Shown: positions 46,959-49,192 of the stretch, in pieces
Layout of the letters: each line of letters begins with the position of its first letter
Position numbering within the stretch: the stretch's first letter is position 1
Assembly (NCBI GenBank): GCA_037441385.1
Contig: JBBISH010000036.1
Location: 1-49,192, forward strand
DNA length: 49,192 nt
Origin: Myxococcales bacterium
GTDB lineage: Bacteria > Myxococcota_A > UBA9042
Reading direction: 5' to 3'
The notes under the pieces: generated by a model
Databases searched by the model: none
Seen by the model: the letters and a program-made list of their open reading frames with translations, nothing else
Told to the model about the DNA's origin: nothing
Program-made: the position numbers and the translations under genes

Positions 46959-49192
46959 ATGGAAACCAGAATCTCGTTTACGTTTCGCAAGTTGATGACG
47001 GTTGCGGCCGCGGCCGCCTGGCTAGCGGGCTGCGGGGACGACGACACCGTGGTGGGCGGGACGCTGGCGAGCACCGACACGCAGTATTCCAGCGAAATCG
47101 ACGGCGGAGTGGACGGGGCGCCGCTGGACGCGAACCAGTCCGGCGCCGACGCCGGGGTGGGCCAAGATGGCCAAGGCGACGCGAGCCAGCCGGGCGACAT
47201 CCTGCCCCCCGACGACAGTGCCGGCGGGACCGACGACGGCAGCGTGACACCCGACGACAGCGTGACGCCGCCGCAGGACACGGTGACGCCGCCCGAGGAT
47301 ACGACCCTTCCGCCCGATAGCAGCGTGCTGCCGGACCTGCCGCCGGCCGGCTGTCAGGTGGCCGACGACTGCGGCGGCAAGGTCGCGGTGGGTACCTGCC
47401 AGGTGGCGGCCTGCATCGCCGGCGTGTGCCAGGCCATCGCCGCGCCCGACGGCAGCACCTGCGAACCCGGCAGCGCTTGCGTGCTCAAAGCCGCTTGCGT
47501 AGCGGGGACTTGCACCGCGGCGACCAACAAGACCTGCGACGACAGCGACCCCTGCACCACCGATGGCTGCGACGCGACCACTGGCGCCTGCACCTTTGTG
47601 GCCAAGCCGGGTTGCGTGCCGCCGTGCAAGGGGTCGGGCGACTGCGACGACCAGAACCCCTGCACAGCCGACCTGTGCGACGCGGCGGCTGGCGTGTGCA
47701 GCCACAGCGCCATAGCCGGTTGCCAGGGCTGCAAGGCCGACGCGGAGTGCGATGACAAGAACGCTTGCACGGCGGACACTTGCGCGGCCGGCAAGTGCGG
47801 CTGGACCCCGCTGCCGGGCGGCGCGTGCGACGACGGCAACCCATGCACCAGCGGCGATGTCTGCAGCGCCCAGGCGTGCCAGGGCCTGCCCCTGACCTGC
47901 GACGACAACAATCCCTGCACCAAGGACAGTTGCGACCCGGCCACCGGCAAGTGCGCGTCGACCCCGCAAGACGGACCGTGCCAAGACGGCAGCCTGTGCA
48001 CGCTGTCCGACGTGTGCGTCAAAGGCAAGTGCGCGCCCGGCGCCGCGGCCGTTTGCGAAGACGGCAACTCGTGCACCGTGGACAGCTGCGATCCCGCCAC
48101 GGGCAAGTGCAGCTCTGCGCCGGCCGCCACGGGCAGTCCCTGCGACGACGGCAAGCCTTGCACCCTGGGCGACACCTGCACCGCGGGCGCATGCGTGGGC
48201 ATCGGCGTCAACTGCGACGACAACAATGCTTGCACGACGGACGCTTGCATCGCCTCGACCGGCACCTGCAGCCACACCCAAATCCCCAACTGCAACCAGC
48301 AGTGCTTTGGCGGCGGCGGCGGTGGCGGCGGCGGCCAGCAGTGCAACGACAACAACCCCTGCACGCAGGACCAGTGCCAGAATGGCACTTGCGTGCACAA
48401 CCCGCAGGCCGGCAGCTGCAACGACAACAACCCGTGCACCAGCGGCGACACCTGCCAAGGCACGACCTGCGGCGGCTCGCTCGCGGTCTGCGACGATGGC
48501 AACCCCTGCACCAAGGACGCCTGCGACCCCAGCACCGGCAAGTGCTTTGCGGTGGCCGGGCCCGACAACGTGCCGTGCGACGACAAGAACGCCTGCTCGA
48601 CCGGCGACGCCTGCCAAAAGGGCCTGTGCACCGGCACGAGCGCCAAGGACTGCAGCGACGGCAACGCCTGCACGCTGGACACCTGCGACGCGGCCACGGG
48701 CAAGTGCCAGAACGTGCTGATCGAGGGCTGCGGCGGCGCCTGCACGCAAGACAGCACCTGCAACGACGGCAATCCTTGCACCAAGGACCAGTGCCTGGGC
48801 GGCAAGTGCGCCAACGGCCCGGCCGACGGCACCGCGTGCAACGACAACAACGCCTGCACCAGCGGCGACAGCTGCCTGGGCGGCGTGTGCACCGGCGGGG
48901 CCGGCAAGGTCTGCAACGACAACAACCCTTGCACCGCCGACGCTTGCGACGCGACGACCGGCAACTGCACGGCCGCCCCGGTGGCCGGCAACCCCAGCTG
49001 CGACGACGGCAGCCCGTGCACCAGCAGCGACGTTTGCAGCGGCGGCAAGTGCGCCGGCGCCCCGGTGGTCTGCAACGACAACAACGCCTGCACGCTGGAC
49101 ACCTGCAACACCGGTGGCGGCGGCGGCGGTGGCCCAGGCGGCGGCCAGCCGGGCACGTGCGTGTTCACCAAGATCCCCAACTGCGGCGCGGC
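46959..49192 (+). CDS. Large Cys-rich surface lipoprotein with Dictyostelium-type CTDC repeats (runs off the right edge)
   Basis: Absent from the ORF track. ATG at 46959, METRISFTFRKLMTVAAAAAWLAGC-GDDD; acidic D/P linker; ~19 copies of C(D/N)D(G/N)N(P/A)CTxDxC; poly-Gly inserts. Confidence 0.88.
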   Translation, partial: METRISFTFRKLMTVAAAAAWLAGCGDDDTVVGGTLASTDTQYSSEIDGGVDGAPLDANQSGADAGVGQDGQGDASQPGDILPPDDSAGGTDDGSVTPDDSVTPPQDTVTPPEDTTLPPDSSVLPDLPPAGCQVADDCGGKVAVGTCQVAACIAGVCQAIAAPDGSTCEPGSACVLKAACVAGTCTAATNKTCDDSDPCTTDGCDATTGACTFVAKPGCVPPCKGSGDCDDQNPCTADLCDAAAGVCSHSAIAGCQGCKADAECDDKNACTADTCAAGKCGWTPLPGGACDDGNPCTSGDVCSAQACQGLPLTCDDNNPCTKDSCDPATGKCASTPQDGPCQDGSLCTLSDVCVKGKCAPGAAAVCEDGNSCTVDSCDPATGKCSSAPAATGSPCDDGKPCTLGDTCTAGACVGIGVNCDDNNACTTDACIASTGTCSHTQIPNCNQQCFGGGGGGGGGQQCNDNNPCTQDQCQNGTCVHNPQAGSCNDNNPCTSGDTCQGTTCGGSLAVCDDGNPCTKDACDPSTGKCFAVAGPDNVPCDDKNACSTGDACQKGLCTGTSAKDCSDGNACTLDTCDAATGKCQNVLIEGCGGACTQDSTCNDGNPCTKDQCLGGKCANGPADGTACNDNNACTSGDSCLGGVCTGGAGKVCNDNNPCTADACDATTGNCTAAPVAGNPSCDDGSPCTSSDVCSGGKCAGAPVVCNDNNACTLDTCNTGGGGGGGPGGGQPGTCVFTKIPNCGA

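Noticed and set aside
47022..49180. Long minus-strand ORFs (575 aa and 608 aa) with repetitive 'VQGLPSSQ' text
   Set aside because: Antisense of the plus-strand Cys-repeat lipoprotein, which has a lipobox and coherent repeats.

Overview
High-GC (roughly two-thirds G+C by eye), gene-dense chromosomal window. Gene content points to a Myxococcota/deltaproteobacterial host (Pph1-like PP2C, Hanks kinase, FHA-GAF histidine kinase, Cys-rich surface lipoproteins); this is an inference. No mobile element, prophage or CRISPR array was seen. From left to right: (i) a truncated Ig/EGF-repeat lipoprotein; (ii) an unusual split Rieske/cytochrome b gene cluster with an octaheme cytochrome c, a cupredoxin-like protein and a 4x[4Fe-4S] ferredoxin; (iii) divergent from it, the best candidate for an undescribed system, a 7-gene operon with two oxygen-binding di-iron (ODP-like) proteins, four roadblock/MglB-like domains (one on a membrane-anchored coiled coil) and a soluble Ser/Thr kinase, with no MglA GTPase, chemoreceptor or His kinase; (iv) mlaF-mlaD, an FHA-GAF-HK, NAD kinase and a ~200-nt strongly structured intergenic element; (v) a DUF4350-MoxR-DUF58 cluster; (vi) hemC-hemD-hemL followed by a two-component pair and tatD; (vii) a solitary rplC with its own consensus promoter, cysE, tRNA-Leu(CAA) and a beta-barrel protein; (viii) two PP2C phosphatases, one with a five-hairpin 5' leader; (ix) a polyprenol kinase, slyX and a truncated Dictyostelium-type Cys-repeat lipoprotein. 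All family assignments are by eye from motifs, with no database searches. Many start codons were re-chosen relative to the ORF track.
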